DNA of 64,000 nt, from NCBI GenBank assembly GCA_041664905.1, contig JBAYJX010000001.1, positions 3,063 to 67,062 of the forward strand, given 5' to 3'. Under the pieces are notes generated by a model, which was given only the letters and a program-made list of their open reading frames with translations, was not told the origin of the DNA and did not search any database. Origin of the DNA: an archaeon. Its GTDB lineage: Archaea; Iainarchaeota; Iainarchaeia; Iainarchaeales; JAAZKV01. Shown piece after piece: positions 10,396 to 20,189 of this stretch (its first letter is position 1; the number at the start of each line of letters is the position of its first letter). A program made the position numbers and the translations under genes.

Positions 10396-10488
10396 CTATA
10401 AGTAATTCCCACCAAAACATTATTAAAACGGATTTTGCCTTTCGTCCAGGAAAAAGAATATTTAAACTAGTTCGGTGCAAATAATTGC

Positions 10489-11559
10489 ATGAACAAGAAA
10501 AAACTAGCCCCAATTCTAGCGGATATGCACACACACTTAAATGAAAAAAAGTTAAAACCAAAAGATTATTGGGTTGGCGTAAAAAAAAGAAAACTAGCAG
10601 TAGTAGCAATAACAGAACACTCTTATTGCAAGCCAAAAGAGGCATACTTAAAACTTAAAAATACTCAACCACCAGGAATACTGTTAATACCAGGAATGGA
10701 AGCAAAAACAAGCGCAGGGGATCTACTAATTTACGGAGAAAATGAGGAACTATACAATTTACCTCAACTTCAACAAAAAAACGCCCCAATAAAAAAAGTG
10801 CTCCAAATAATTAAAGAAAATAATTTAACTGCTAGTTTTGCTCACCCATATGGATACAAACTTGATTCTGTTTGTGTTGTCTTAGGAGAATCACAAACAC
10901 TAAAACTAATACAGGAATATGGGGTTGGAACAGAGTATTACAATGGAATGCTTGCATCAGCAAATGAATTAATGTTTGGAAGAAGCTGGGTAAAAAAAGT
11001 TTATAACTTATTTAACTTTGTTAATACAAACCGAGCAACACACGCACTAAGAATATACAAAACCACTGACTTTCCAAAGAAAAAAATGGAGAACTTAGCA
11101 GAAGATGCAGTAAACAGAGTAAGAAACGGAATGTTATTTGCGGAAAATGCACCATTTGTTAGTGTAGGGAGCGATGCACACTACCCACGTTCAATTGGAA
11201 GTTCAATAATTGAGCTAAAAAGAAAACCTAAAGACGAAAAAGAATTTATTCAAATGATAAAAAACAAAGAAACCCTTTGGAAAGGACCAAACATTTATTC
11301 AAAAACACCAATTGACAAGGTTGGAAAAAAAGAAATGGTTGAAGGGCTAGCATACCTTGCAAGAAAAAATGTTTTAAAACAAAGAAAAATCTACATAGCT
11401 GACAAAATTTCAAAGAAAATAAGGCTAAGCAAAAGAATAAAAACAATAAAAAGAATATCTAAGAAGGCAAACTTAAGCAAAATAAGGAGAAGATTGCCTA
11501 AAATAAAACTAAAAAAAAGAATAAACAATTTGAAAAAAAAAGTGGGTTTTGGAAAATGA
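10489..11559 (+). CDS. PHP-domain metal-dependent phosphoesterase with lysine-rich repeat tail
   Basis: 356 aa. It has the N-terminal PHP His motif (MHTHLNEK ... AITEHS ... AHPYGY) and a C-terminal ~55-aa basic repeat (ISKKIRLSKRIKTIKRISKKANLSKIRRRLPKIKLKKRINNLKKK). Confidence 0.6.
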   Translation: MNKKKLAPILADMHTHLNEKKLKPKDYWVGVKKRKLAVVAITEHSYCKPKEAYLKLKNTQPPGILLIPGMEAKTSAGDLLIYGENEELYNLPQLQQKNAPIKKVLQIIKENNLTASFAHPYGYKLDSVCVVLGESQTLKLIQEYGVGTEYYNGMLASANELMFGRSWVKKVYNLFNFVNTNRATHALRIYKTTDFPKKKMENLAEDAVNRVRNGMLFAENAPFVSVGSDAHYPRSIGSSIIELKRKPKDEKEFIQMIKNKETLWKGPNIYSKTPIDKVGKKEMVEGLAYLARKNVLKQRKIYIADKISKKIRLSKRIKTIKRISKKANLSKIRRRLPKIKLKKRINNLKKKVGFGK

Positions 11560-11963
11560 AATATTCAATAACTGAAGACACTGATGTTGACAAGATACCA
11601 AAAGACACAACCGAAATTCATTTAGTAAGACCAATAAAAAGAGACAGATTAATGAGTTTGATCACTCGCTGTCCAATAAGAACAATTACACTATCAACTT
11701 CTTGTTTAAAACGACTTCCTGGGAAAACACAGAAAAAATTAAAGGAAAAAGGAATCTCTCTTGCTATTGAAAAAAGAAGAGGAAGAGCAATTGATATCCC
11801 AATGGATAAAATGTTACAAATAATTGAACTTAGAAAAGATTTCCAAACAGTAAGAGATATTGAAAAAATAACAGGAATACCAAAATCAACAGTACACTAC
11901 TTGATCAAATACGCTGATAGAGGAAAAATAAAGAAAGGCGCAAATGTTGTTTACTTAAAATAA
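11556..11963 (+). CDS. small HTH-containing protein
   Basis: 135 aa translationally coupled (ATGA) to the PHP gene. The C-terminal IEKITGIPKSTVHYLIKYA is a helix-turn-helix. Confidence 0.35.
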   Translation: MKYSITEDTDVDKIPKDTTEIHLVRPIKRDRLMSLITRCPIRTITLSTSCLKRLPGKTQKKLKEKGISLAIEKRRGRAIDIPMDKMLQIIELRKDFQTVRDIEKITGIPKSTVHYLIKYADRGKIKKGANVVYLK

Positions 11964-11971
11964 ACACAAAA

Positions 11972-12967
11972 TTATCTCAAAACTTTTTTTAAGATATTAA
12001 TTGAAGAATTAAGCACTAGCTTAGCTTGGACTTTGCCTTTCCATTGAGCAGCACCCGAGTGCCCCCCAATTTCCCCGCCAATTTCTTTTTGCAACGGAAT
12101 TAACAAATCTTTTACTAAATTAAAATTGTGCTTTTCCTTAAACTCTGTTTCTGCCCTAAGAGAAAGAGTTGTGAGAGAATTCTTTTCTTCCCCGGCAACA
12201 AGAGCAATATGCGCACCAAAACTCAAGAGTTTGGTTGCTGCAGCACTTTGGTAAAAAGATAATTCGCTTGTTACCACCACAATTTCATTAATTACCTGAA
12301 TCTGGGCACGCCCAGCGGCTTTAAGGAAAGCTATTCGCTCACTATCAGGGATCTCATGCTTTGTGAAAGACAAAACATCTGAGTAAGTTCTTTTTGAGGA
12401 TTTAAGACAAGTTGCAAAAGAAGAAAATGCGCGCGCACTCCCAACTAAGAAATGACCTGTGTCTTCAAGAATTCCAATACAACAAAAAAAACTCATCTTA
12501 TTGTCAAATATGTCCAAGAAATTGTACAAAAGCTCTGTGGTTGAAACAGCAGTCTCATCAAGCATACAATTCCCTTTGTAAGAAATACACCCTTTACTAG
12601 AAACATGATGATCAAAAACAACTACATCAAGTTTTTCTTCGCTAACGCGCAAAACAAACTTATCTCTTAATTTACCAAGTTGCTCAAACCCATTCAAATC
12701 AAACAAAAGGGCAACATCAAACTCTTCAAGTTGAGGGTTTAGTATAAAAGAAACTTTTTCAGTTAAAGCCAAGTGCTGAGCCTGTTCGTTAATGTGACTC
12801 GGAATTGCAATTTTTGAATTTATTTTTTGCTTATCCAAAAATCTCTGCATTATTGCAGCCGAACAAAAAGAATCAAGATCAGCATTCTCATGACACAACA
12901 AAAGAACACGCTTATCCTTACACAACGCAATTAATTTATTTTGATTAAATTCAGGCATAGAAACCAA
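11972..12967 (-). CDS. DHH/DHHA1 family phosphoesterase (NrnA/GAN-like)
   Basis: 331 aa with the DHH N-terminal motif (HENADLDSFCSA) and the DHHA1 GGHSGAAQ motif. Confidence 0.7.
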   Translation of the reverse strand: MVSMPEFNQNKLIALCKDKRVLLLCHENADLDSFCSAAIMQRFLDKQKINSKIAIPSHINEQAQHLALTEKVSFILNPQLEEFDVALLFDLNGFEQLGKLRDKFVLRVSEEKLDVVVFDHHVSSKGCISYKGNCMLDETAVSTTELLYNFLDIFDNKMSFFCCIGILEDTGHFLVGSARAFSSFATCLKSSKRTYSDVLSFTKHEIPDSERIAFLKAAGRAQIQVINEIVVVTSELSFYQSAAATKLLSFGAHIALVAGEEKNSLTTLSLRAETEFKEKHNFNLVKDLLIPLQKEIGGEIGGHSGAAQWKGKVQAKLVLNSSINILKKVLR

Positions 12968-13086
12968 GAGTACTATGGAAGAAGAGGTTATTATAAGTTA
13001 CTAAATTTAATTAGACAAACTTTTGACAAAAATAATTTTAAAATGCGGCTTTGCGTCTAAATTAACGCAAAACCAAAAATAGTCAA

Positions 13087-13470
13087 TTACTTTCTTTTAT
13101 TTTCTTTCTTATCTTCCTTAGCATCTTCTTTCTCAGAACCCTCTTTTTCAGTCCCTTCAATCTTTGCTCTGATTGAATTAAGTTTCTTTATCAAAAGTTC
13201 TTCTTGTTTATCAAAAGTCTTTTGTCTTAGTTCAACACTTTCTTTCTTTTCTTTTAATTCTTTTTCCATTTCCCTAGCATCTTTTTGAAACAAAACATTT
13301 CCAACAACTTTGTAAACAGTCTTTTCTTTTGTTTTAGCTAATTCTTCAAGAGAAGCATCAATCATTTCAAGTTGCATTGCAGTTTGCTGCTTTTGTTGAG
13401 ACACACCAGCCAACATTTGTCTATTCCTCTCAAAATCAAGTATCATTGATCTCTGTTCTTCCTCATTCAT
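13087..13470 (-). CDS. pfdB: prefoldin beta subunit
   Basis: 127 aa coiled-coil/beta-hairpin/coiled-coil architecture with a K/E-rich tail. It occupies the position of prefoldin-beta in the archaeal exosome superoperon. Confidence 0.7.
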   Translation of the reverse strand: MNEEEQRSMILDFERNRQMLAGVSQQKQQTAMQLEMIDASLEELAKTKEKTVYKVVGNVLFQKDAREMEKELKEKKESVELRQKTFDKQEELLIKKLNSIRAKIEGTEKEGSEKEDAKEDKKENKRK

Positions 13471-13490
13471 GTTAATTCCTCCAAAAATAA

Positions 13491-13757
13491 TTAATTTATT
13501 TCCTCAAGCTGCATAAACAACACTATCGGCTTTAGAAAAGAGTTAAGCGAAGCCCTTAAAGCTGTTTTGTCTTGAGCCGAAACAGTTATTTCTAACCTAT
13601 TTTCTTTTTGAGCAACTTTTGTTTTGCTTTGCAAAAATTCTTCTGCTAGCTCCGGTTGTATTGATTTAAAGAATCTCTTAGCTTGATTTTTTGAATCAAA
13701 GTCAAGTTTTAATTCAAGCGAAAACATAAAAATAAAAGCTAGGTCGAACGCGACCAA
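13491..13757 (-). CDS. pcc1: KEOPS complex subunit Pcc1
   Basis: 88 aa. TALRASLNSFLKPIVL matches the Pcc1 C-terminal helix (SALRGTVNSYLRWI in Pyrococcus). It sits in the conserved superoperon position. Confidence 0.6.
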   Translation of the reverse strand: MVAFDLAFIFMFSLELKLDFDSKNQAKRFFKSIQPELAEEFLQSKTKVAQKENRLEITVSAQDKTALRASLNSFLKPIVLFMQLEEIN

Positions 13758-13768
13758 GCAAGAACTAA

Positions 13769-13903
13769 TTATTCGGCTTTAATAGATTTAGTTATTGGTT
13801 CTCTTGTTTTGTAAAGTATTCTATATCCACAAGAAGGGCATCGAACTAATCCTTCAGAAACATTAGTAACTTCAGTTCCGCACTTAGCGCATTTGTAAGC
13901 CAT
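13769..13903 (-). CDS. rpoP: DNA-directed RNA polymerase subunit P (Rpo12/RpoP)
   Basis: Not in the ORF track because it is below 60 aa. The 44-aa product, manually translated, is MAYKCAKCGTEVTNVSEGLVRCPSCGYRILYKTREPITKSIKAE, with a CxxC...CxxC zinc ribbon typical of RpoP. It lies between L37ae and Pcc1 as in other archaea. Confidence 0.85.
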   Translation of the reverse strand: MAYKCAKCGTEVTNVSEGLVRCPSCGYRILYKTREPITKSIKAE

Positions 13904-13914
13904 TTAATCCACCC

Positions 13915-14319
13915 TTAGTTTTCCTCTAATACTTGCTCTTTTTTACTTTCTTTCTTTTCTTCTTTTGGTGATTCACCAGTAAGAGCTTTTTCTACTTCTC
14001 TTTCAATATCAGAGAAAGAAGATTCTTGTGCTTTAGCTAAAACTTCAGCTCCAGCTAAAAACTGTTTTTGAGTAATCATTTTTTTAATTGTTTTACCAAT
14101 TAAAGTTTGTGGTTCGTATGCTCCGCCAGTAAATTTAGCGTCACATTTTTTGCATAAAAATAATCCAGGAGCTGGTCGAGTTACTTTTGAAAATCCGCAA
14201 AAAGGACAAGGATCATTCTTGTTCATTTTTTTTGCTACAGCTAAAACTCTTTTCTTTATTCCAACACCATATCTTGCGTGGTATCTTCCAGTCATTCCAA
14301 CTTTTTTAGTATTTCCCAT
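13915..14319 (-). CDS. rpl37ae: 50S ribosomal protein L37Ae with acidic/lysine-rich C-terminal extension
   Basis: The N-terminal ~90 aa matches L37ae (KKVGMTGRYHARYG ... CPFCG ... CKKCDAKFTGGAY zinc ribbon). A ~40-aa E/K-rich tail follows. Confidence 0.85.
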   Translation of the reverse strand: MGNTKKVGMTGRYHARYGVGIKKRVLAVAKKMNKNDPCPFCGFSKVTRPAPGLFLCKKCDAKFTGGAYEPQTLIGKTIKKMITQKQFLAGAEVLAKAQESSFSDIEREVEKALTGESPKEEKKESKKEQVLEEN

Positions 14320-14417
14320 TCAATGCTCACCAATAACAAATTTATCAAAGACAAAGCTTTAAAAACTTCGGGCAAGGGTCAAATTTTCTAACCCTTGCCA
14401 AAGTCTTACGCTTTAAC

Positions 14418-15218
14418 TTACTTTTTCACCATTTTTAGGAGTTTCTTTCGATTCTCCGTAGCTATCATGAATGCTTTATCAACCATGACACTTATCTCAT
14501 CAGCAGTAAATGAACCGCCTATTCCTTTTTGCATAGCACTCATATAACCATCTTCAGTTGTTGCAACCGAAAATCGTGCTTCAGCAGCTTTTTCTTCAAA
14601 GTATGTTGGATCAACTAAAATCTTTCCACCAACTTTTACAAAAGTTGTTAATAATGGAAGTCTCTTTAGTTCAAGTTTTCCAGCGTACTCGTGTTTAATT
14701 ATTCTATTTTTCTCATCAAGCTTAGGCATTTTTGCATTCAAAAATGCAGCTAGACCTGCAAGTGAACCTGCATCGAAAAGATTTCCATCAGAGTTAATTG
14801 CGTAGAAATCCATGAAAGCTATCCAGCAAGATTCCCCTTCTTTTATACAAAGTTTAGTGAAGTCAATTGCTTTACTTTCTCTAATTCCTCTATCAACTAC
14901 TCTTGCTACTTCAATCTCATCTGGCGAAGGTGGACCAGCTTCATATTCAGAGTGAGCTAACGGTAATAATTCCGCCCCAACTGAAATTGCTCCTTCATCT
15001 GGATTATCAGGATACGGTTTATCAACAGCAATTTTTATTCCTGCGATAACTTCAGTTTCTCCTAATAATATTCTTGCCGAACCTTCAGCGTTTTCGTATT
15101 TATCGTTCTCTATTGTGAAGTCTCTCATTTCGTCAAGCCCTCTTCCGTCAAGTCTCTTTCCCTGTTTAGCCAGTTCAATTACTTTTGACAAATCATATTC
15201 AAGTACTGTAGTTCTCAT
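14418..15218 (-). CDS. rrp42: exosome complex subunit Rrp42 (RNase PH-like)
   Basis: 266 aa with an RNase PH fold (RLDGRGLDEMRDF). It is last of the rrp4-rrp41-rrp42 order. Confidence 0.8.
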   Translation of the reverse strand: MRTTVLEYDLSKVIELAKQGKRLDGRGLDEMRDFTIENDKYENAEGSARILLGETEVIAGIKIAVDKPYPDNPDEGAISVGAELLPLAHSEYEAGPPSPDEIEVARVVDRGIRESKAIDFTKLCIKEGESCWIAFMDFYAINSDGNLFDAGSLAGLAAFLNAKMPKLDEKNRIIKHEYAGKLELKRLPLLTTFVKVGGKILVDPTYFEEKAAEARFSVATTEDGYMSAMQKGIGGSFTADEISVMVDKAFMIATENRKKLLKMVKK

Positions 15219-16159
15219 TTTTTCACCTTCTTAGCTTTGCTTTCTTTATTATCTTTTTTGCTTTCTACTTTTTCTTTAGCAGCAGGAACTTCTTTAACTT
15301 CTTTTCCAGCTACATTTGCTTCAACATTAGCTTCTGAAACTTCAGAAAGCTTGAATTTATCTTGCAAAGCTTTTTTCTGAACTTCGTAAACTTGCTTACA
15401 AGCTTTCATAGCCATTGGCATTAACTTGTCAAGTTCTTCTTTCTTCAAAAGTCCATCCATTTGTAGTAGAACAATTTCTTCTGAGTTAGGCAATATCGCA
15501 ATAGGGATATCAACTGCATCCGAAGCATCTTCTTCTTCCTTGTTCAAATCAACAATTAATTCGTTGAATGCTTTACCTATTCCTGTTGCACAAACCAAAT
15601 CTCTCATTGGTATACCTGCATCAGCTAAAGCACAAGAAGCAGCAGTTAAGCAAGCAACTCTTGAACCAGCATTTGAATCAACAACTTCAACTATTACTGA
15701 AATTTCTGTATTAGGAAATTGTTCAGTGAAAATTGCTCTATCAAGTGCTTCACTTAATACTTTTGAGATTTCAAAATCTCTTCTATTAGGTCTAGGTTGT
15801 TTTCTTTCAGGAACCGAGAAAGTTGCCATTCTATAATTCAACTTTACAACAGTCTTGTAAGGATTCTGTGTGTGCTTTGGCAAAGCTTCTCTCGGCCCGA
15901 ACACTGCAGCATAAACCTTGTTTTGTCCCCATTCAAGATAAGCTGAACCGTCTGCATTAGGTAGCACGCCTACCTTAATACTAATTGGTCTTAACTCATC
16001 CATTTTTCTTCCGTCTACTCTTTTTTTCTCCTTCTTATAATCAGGAGCGTCATCTCGTTGTTTTCCACTCATATCATTCACCTTAAACATTATCTCCTTA
16101 ATTTGTTTCTGCATCAGGCAGAACTTCGCTTTCTTCCATAGTTTCTGATTCTTCAACAT
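15215..16159 (-). CDS. rrp41: exosome complex exonuclease Rrp41 (RNase PH)
   Basis: It has the RVDGRKMDELRP...GSAYLEWGQNKV RNase PH signature and a K-rich C-terminal tail. The annotated start overlaps rrp4 by about 60 nt, so the real start is probably an internal Met near 16069-16090. Confidence 0.8.
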   Translation of the reverse strand: MLKNQKLWKKAKFCLMQKQIKEIMFKVNDMSGKQRDDAPDYKKEKKRVDGRKMDELRPISIKVGVLPNADGSAYLEWGQNKVYAAVFGPREALPKHTQNPYKTVVKLNYRMATFSVPERKQPRPNRRDFEISKVLSEALDRAIFTEQFPNTEISVIVEVVDSNAGSRVACLTAASCALADAGIPMRDLVCATGIGKAFNELIVDLNKEEEDASDAVDIPIAILPNSEEIVLLQMDGLLKKEELDKLMPMAMKACKQVYEVQKKALQDKFKLSEVSEANVEANVAGKEVKEVPAAKEKVESKKDNKESKAKKVKK

Positions 16160-16808
16160 TCTTTTTTACAATATCTTCTTTCTTTGGAACATTAACTTGA
16201 ATTCCTTCTGCTTTAAAGAAAGCTTCTACAGAACTTGTCAAATTGCTTTTGTATGAATTATCATTAATGAACTTTACAACTTTTCTAAGCAAATCAATAT
16301 TTCCGTTTCTTGCCCATACTCTGCCGTTTTTTCCAATAACAATTTCGCACCCAGTTCCTTGCTTTAATAATTCAAGCATTGAACCATTCTTTCCAATTAA
16401 CCGTGGAGTTCTAACAGGAATTACTTCTACAACATCCCCGCCATACATTCTTCTCGGAAAACCTAAATCAGCTTCTCTTAACTCGTTAACACTAGTTATT
16501 TTTGCTGAAACAAGGTCACCTATTTTTAGTTCTTCTCTCATCGCTGATTTTGGGATAAAAGATTCTGTGAAAGAATTAATATTCACACCATATCCTGCGA
16601 ACACTACTCTATTCACTACCCCAATTACTACGTCTTCCTGTTGAGGGACATATTTTCCTTCAAGAGGAACAACACTTGCTTTTTCATCATCTAACTCTGT
16701 TATTCCAAGCACTTTGGAATAAATTTTGCCATCAACAACAAATACATTGTTACCTAGGCGTTTTCTTTCCTGAGAAATTAATTCTCCGGGTATTACCAAT
16801 TTCTTCAT
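16098..16808 (-). CDS. rrp4: exosome complex RNA-binding subunit Rrp4 (S1 + KH)
   Basis: 236 aa with an S1 domain (PQQEDVVIGVV) and a KH GxxG motif (IGKNGSMLELLKQGTGCEIVIGKNG). Confidence 0.8.
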   Translation of the reverse strand: MKKLVIPGELISQERKRLGNNVFVVDGKIYSKVLGITELDDEKASVVPLEGKYVPQQEDVVIGVVNRVVFAGYGVNINSFTESFIPKSAMREELKIGDLVSAKITSVNELREADLGFPRRMYGGDVVEVIPVRTPRLIGKNGSMLELLKQGTGCEIVIGKNGRVWARNGNIDLLRKVVKFINDNSYKSNLTSSVEAFFKAEGIQVNVPKKEDIVKKNVEESETMEESEVLPDAETN

Positions 16809-16842
16809 TCATTCACCTTCGTAAAAATCCTTTTTTAATTTT

Positions 16843-17595
16843 TCAAATCGCTGTCCCAATTATTTTAACTACTACTTCTCCATGAGTTATTGAATTAAGT
16901 TCGTTTAGTAAATCCTGTTGGGACCCAGCAGGAAGAATAAACTCCGCTACTAATGAACCATCATTAAGCCATTCCTCTTTTTTTAATTCAAACTTATGAA
17001 TAACACTTGCACATCTCCCAGCATACGCAGCAGGAACTTTAATTGCGAAATCAACTTTCTCCATTGAAATTGGTAAAGTGTGTCTTAGAGCTTTAACAAT
17101 TTCATTAACCTGTTCTTCAACACTCTTAAACGCATCAATATGAACTTTTTCTATCTCCATTGCATTCTCAATTCTCTGTGGCGGATGCGGAGTCTTTGTT
17201 TGAGGATTAATTGTGTTTCTTGAAATAAAATTAATTATTTCAAGTCTTCGCTTTTCAAGCATTAATCTCCTTTGCTCAGTTGTTAATTGAACTTCCCCGT
17301 CTTGAATAATTTTTTTTGCAATTGCTTCCAAATCTTTTGTTCCAAAAGCCTTGATTAAATTCTCAGGACTTTGTTCATCCCCAATTTTGTGATCCTTAAA
17401 CACTCGCTCAATTGCAAGCAACTTATCAAGTGGCACAGTCTTACCGTGTTTTACTTCCATCACAATAGTAGGATCAACTAATATTTCGAACTTGAAACCA
17501 AATCTTTCCAGGCGCGCAACAACCGCATCCTCAACTCTTACCATACTCTTTCCTTCTTCATTGATTTGTCCAAAAAGCTTTTCCTTTTGTTTCAC
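16843..17595 (-). CDS. sdo1: ribosome maturation protein SBDS (Sdo1) homolog
   Basis: 250 aa of SBDS-family length, in the conserved position between psmA and rrp4. Confidence 0.75.
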   Translation of the reverse strand: MKQKEKLFGQINEEGKSMVRVEDAVVARLERFGFKFEILVDPTIVMEVKHGKTVPLDKLLAIERVFKDHKIGDEQSPENLIKAFGTKDLEAIAKKIIQDGEVQLTTEQRRLMLEKRRLEIINFISRNTINPQTKTPHPPQRIENAMEIEKVHIDAFKSVEEQVNEIVKALRHTLPISMEKVDFAIKVPAAYAGRCASVIHKFELKKEEWLNDGSLVAEFILPAGSQQDLLNELNSITHGEVVVKIIGTAI

Positions 17596-17633
17596 TTTTG
17601 GACATTTAAGTCAATTAATATAAAGCATTCAAT

Positions 17634-18362
17634 TTACTTGAATGCGCTCTTAAGTTCCTTTTCAGTTAAGTGTCTAAAACCTTTTTTATCAACAATTGCA
17701 AACTCTACTCTTCCAAGAGAAATCTTTTCTTTCTCAGGCATACTTTTTTCTAAAGCTTTATAGCACATTGCAACTGCATCCGTAAGTGCTAAACCTTCTT
17801 TGAATTCTTTTTCAAAAACTTCCATTGCTTTATCCTTATTTCTTCCAACAGCAATAGCTTTGTATTCTGCTAAAGCACCACTAGGTTCAGTCTCAAATAA
17901 CTTTGCACCCTTTTCATCAAATCCGCCAATTATAAAAGCAACTCCAAATGGTCTTAATCCACCGTATTGAGTAAAAGCTTGTTTAGTTTCAGCTATTTCT
18001 TTAGCCATTACTTCAACTTGAATATTTTCAGAGTAAACCATTTTGTTGTCTTGCGCCTGTCTTCTTGCAATACCAACTAATCTTCTAGCATCCCCAACAA
18101 GTCCAGCAGAAACAACCGCAATATTGTGATCAATTTTAAATATTTTTTCAATTGACTCAGGAATAACAAGTCTACTTGTAATACTCTTATCAGCGGCCAA
18201 AACTACTCCGCCTTCAAAAATTATTCCTACCCCAGTTGAACCTTGTTCAACTATCTTTGAGGCATACTCTACCTGGTAAAGTCTACCATCAGGCGAAAAC
18301 ATTGTAGCAGCCTTATCATAAGCTGGAACCTTTGAATTTTGCATTGGATACATCAAAAACAC
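17634..18362 (-). CDS. psmA: proteasome subunit alpha
   Basis: The N-terminus YDKAATMFSPDGRLYQVEYA is the hallmark alpha-subunit motif. Confidence 0.9.
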   Translation of the reverse strand: MFLMYPMQNSKVPAYDKAATMFSPDGRLYQVEYASKIVEQGSTGVGIIFEGGVVLAADKSITSRLVIPESIEKIFKIDHNIAVVSAGLVGDARRLVGIARRQAQDNKMVYSENIQVEVMAKEIAETKQAFTQYGGLRPFGVAFIIGGFDEKGAKLFETEPSGALAEYKAIAVGRNKDKAMEVFEKEFKEGLALTDAVAMCYKALEKSMPEKEKISLGRVEFAIVDKKGFRHLTEKELKSAFK

Positions 18363-18565
18363 ACTCCTTAATCCTGTCTCTCAAATTCTTTTATTTTAAA
18401 AATAACTTAATTCTACTCTACTTTTTCCTACTTTGCGCTTAAAAAGAAATCGTTAAGAACACTTAAATTTAGTGTCTGTTTTTCTTTGACGTGTACAAAC
18501 TAATAGCCCTTGGAATGGTTTAAAAAGCTTATTTTGGGGCTAAAATAAGCCGAAAACATTAATTA

Positions 18566-19507
18566 CTAATCCCCATAAATTTGATCATAAGAAAGACCAT
18601 CACTTATTTCAATCAGACTTGGAGTTGACGTCAGCTGACCAACCCCCACATAAGACTCATTTGAGTTCCCTATTTTAGTCGGTTGGGTAGTTTCAATGAA
18701 ACAATATCCACTATTTTTATAACTACCTTGTAAAGGGCATTTTATCCCAACAGCTTGGTGGTTTTCTTTTTTAAACTCGAATATTGCGACCCCATATCCA
18801 AGTTCCCTCAACAAGTAAGCAAGCAATTCCGATTTTTCTCCACAAAGACCTGTATTAGTATATAACACTTCATAAGGATATTTGTTGCCGCGAATATTTT
18901 TATTAAACCCACTCCAATCATAAGGTATATTTTGAACTAAACTTACAGCGACCCTTACTTTCTTATAATTAGGGATATCTAATGCATTTATGGCATTTAC
19001 AAGTGGATACAAGTACTCTCTTTGAGTATAATTGTTCAAATCCCTTATTAAAAAATCCTTCTCACTCGGAGGAAAAACGCGATAAAAAATTTCTCTTGGT
19101 AAACTTGCTAAGTAATCATTGACCCCTTTGTAAGCAATTCCTGTAAAAGCATGATCTTGTGAATCTAATGTATAATTTAATATTATTTCTTTAGGGTTTT
19201 CAGTTAGTGTTTGAGCATCGGGCACAGGAGATTGAAGGTTAATTCCGAAAATTAAAAAATAAAAGAAGCCCCCCAATAATAAAAGAAATATTCCCCAACT
19301 TATTAACCCAAATAAGATAGAAACTATTTTTTCAATAACTGAGGTTGATTGAGTTTCCACTTGCTTTATCGTTGTTCGCTTTTTTTCCCACGATAGTACT
19401 TGTTTGTCAATTTTTTCAAAATAACAACGTGAACATAAACCGCTTGAATAGTAATATTTTTTTCTTATTGGAAACCCACATTTTTTACAATGAAACATAT
19501 AACTCAC
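18566..19507 (-). CDS. membrane-anchored transglutaminase-like cysteine protease domain protein with N-terminal zinc ribbon
   Basis: 313 aa. It has an N-terminal CKKCG...CSRC ribbon, one TM helix, then a domain with a transglutaminase-like Cys (GLCGEKSELLAYLLRELGY) and a downstream His/Asp. Confidence 0.5.
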   Translation of the reverse strand: MSYMFHCKKCGFPIRKKYYYSSGLCSRCYFEKIDKQVLSWEKKRTTIKQVETQSTSVIEKIVSILFGLISWGIFLLLLGGFFYFLIFGINLQSPVPDAQTLTENPKEIILNYTLDSQDHAFTGIAYKGVNDYLASLPREIFYRVFPPSEKDFLIRDLNNYTQREYLYPLVNAINALDIPNYKKVRVAVSLVQNIPYDWSGFNKNIRGNKYPYEVLYTNTGLCGEKSELLAYLLRELGYGVAIFEFKKENHQAVGIKCPLQGSYKNSGYCFIETTQPTKIGNSNESYVGVGQLTSTPSLIEISDGLSYDQIYGD

Positions 19508-19779
19508 TTTGTTAACCGTTTTCGCTTGAATTTTTGTTTACTTTGCTTTTTTCGAGTTTCATCAATACCCAATTGGTAAGCAAATATTTCCAAAGCAATA
19601 GCAATACCTAAAATTGTAAGAAATAAACCAATTGTATTCAACATTGCGGCATTACCAGTCCCGTTTACGAGAATTGACAAAATTAACGCAAGTATTGAAA
19701 GGAATATATAACCAAATCCAACCCACCGGATTACACAAGACCATTTCACACGTACCACTTTCTGAAGATAACAATACAA
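19504..19779 (-). CDS. small membrane protein
   Basis: 91 aa with two predicted TM helices and a basic C-terminus. It is co-oriented and overlapping with the downstream gene. Confidence 0.4.
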   Translation of the reverse strand: MYCYLQKVVRVKWSCVIRWVGFGYIFLSILALILSILVNGTGNAAMLNTIGLFLTILGIAIALEIFAYQLGIDETRKKQSKQKFKRKRLTK

Positions 19780-19819
19780 AAGTGCTTAAATATCAATTGA
19801 ACGGCACACAACAAATCCA

Positions 19820-20167
19820 CTAAATCTTCGCGTGTTCTTTAAGTGTTTTAACTGTTCCAGAAGTAAGAATCGGGTTGATTATAATTTTTTTGTTCTTTAT
19901 TTTTTCAATAAAAGCAGTGCCTGCAATTAAATCAAGTTCTTTTCCGCGTTTACATTTAATTATTGCTTTATTTGATTTGAACAAAACTATTTTAGGATTA
20001 ATTTCTGCTAATCCTTTTGAACCAAAAAAACTTAGTAACTCAATCCAAAACCCAAAGTAAAAATCTTTTTCAGCAACTTCACCGTTTAATACTTCAAACA
20101 AAATGTAGCGCTTACGCTCCCTCTTTGACAACGGCACAATCGCTTTCTTGTTTTTTTCAATCTTCAT
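19820..20167 (-). CDS. rnp2: RNase P protein component 2 (Pop5)
   Basis: 115 aa. LSKRERKRYILFEV matches the Pop5 N-terminus (LRxKxRYIAFEI). Confidence 0.75.
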   Translation of the reverse strand: MKIEKNKKAIVPLSKRERKRYILFEVLNGEVAEKDFYFGFWIELLSFFGSKGLAEINPKIVLFKSNKAIIKCKRGKELDLIAGTAFIEKIKNKKIIINPILTSGTVKTLKEHAKI

Positions 20168-20189
20168 AAAAAAACCAACTTTACTATTT

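Noticed and set aside
15426-16644. Plus-strand ORFs 15426..15836 and 16243..16644 antisense to rrp41 and rrp4
   Set aside because: They overlap conserved exosome genes on the opposite strand. Their composition is Ser/Ile/Phe-rich without motifs. They are spurious.
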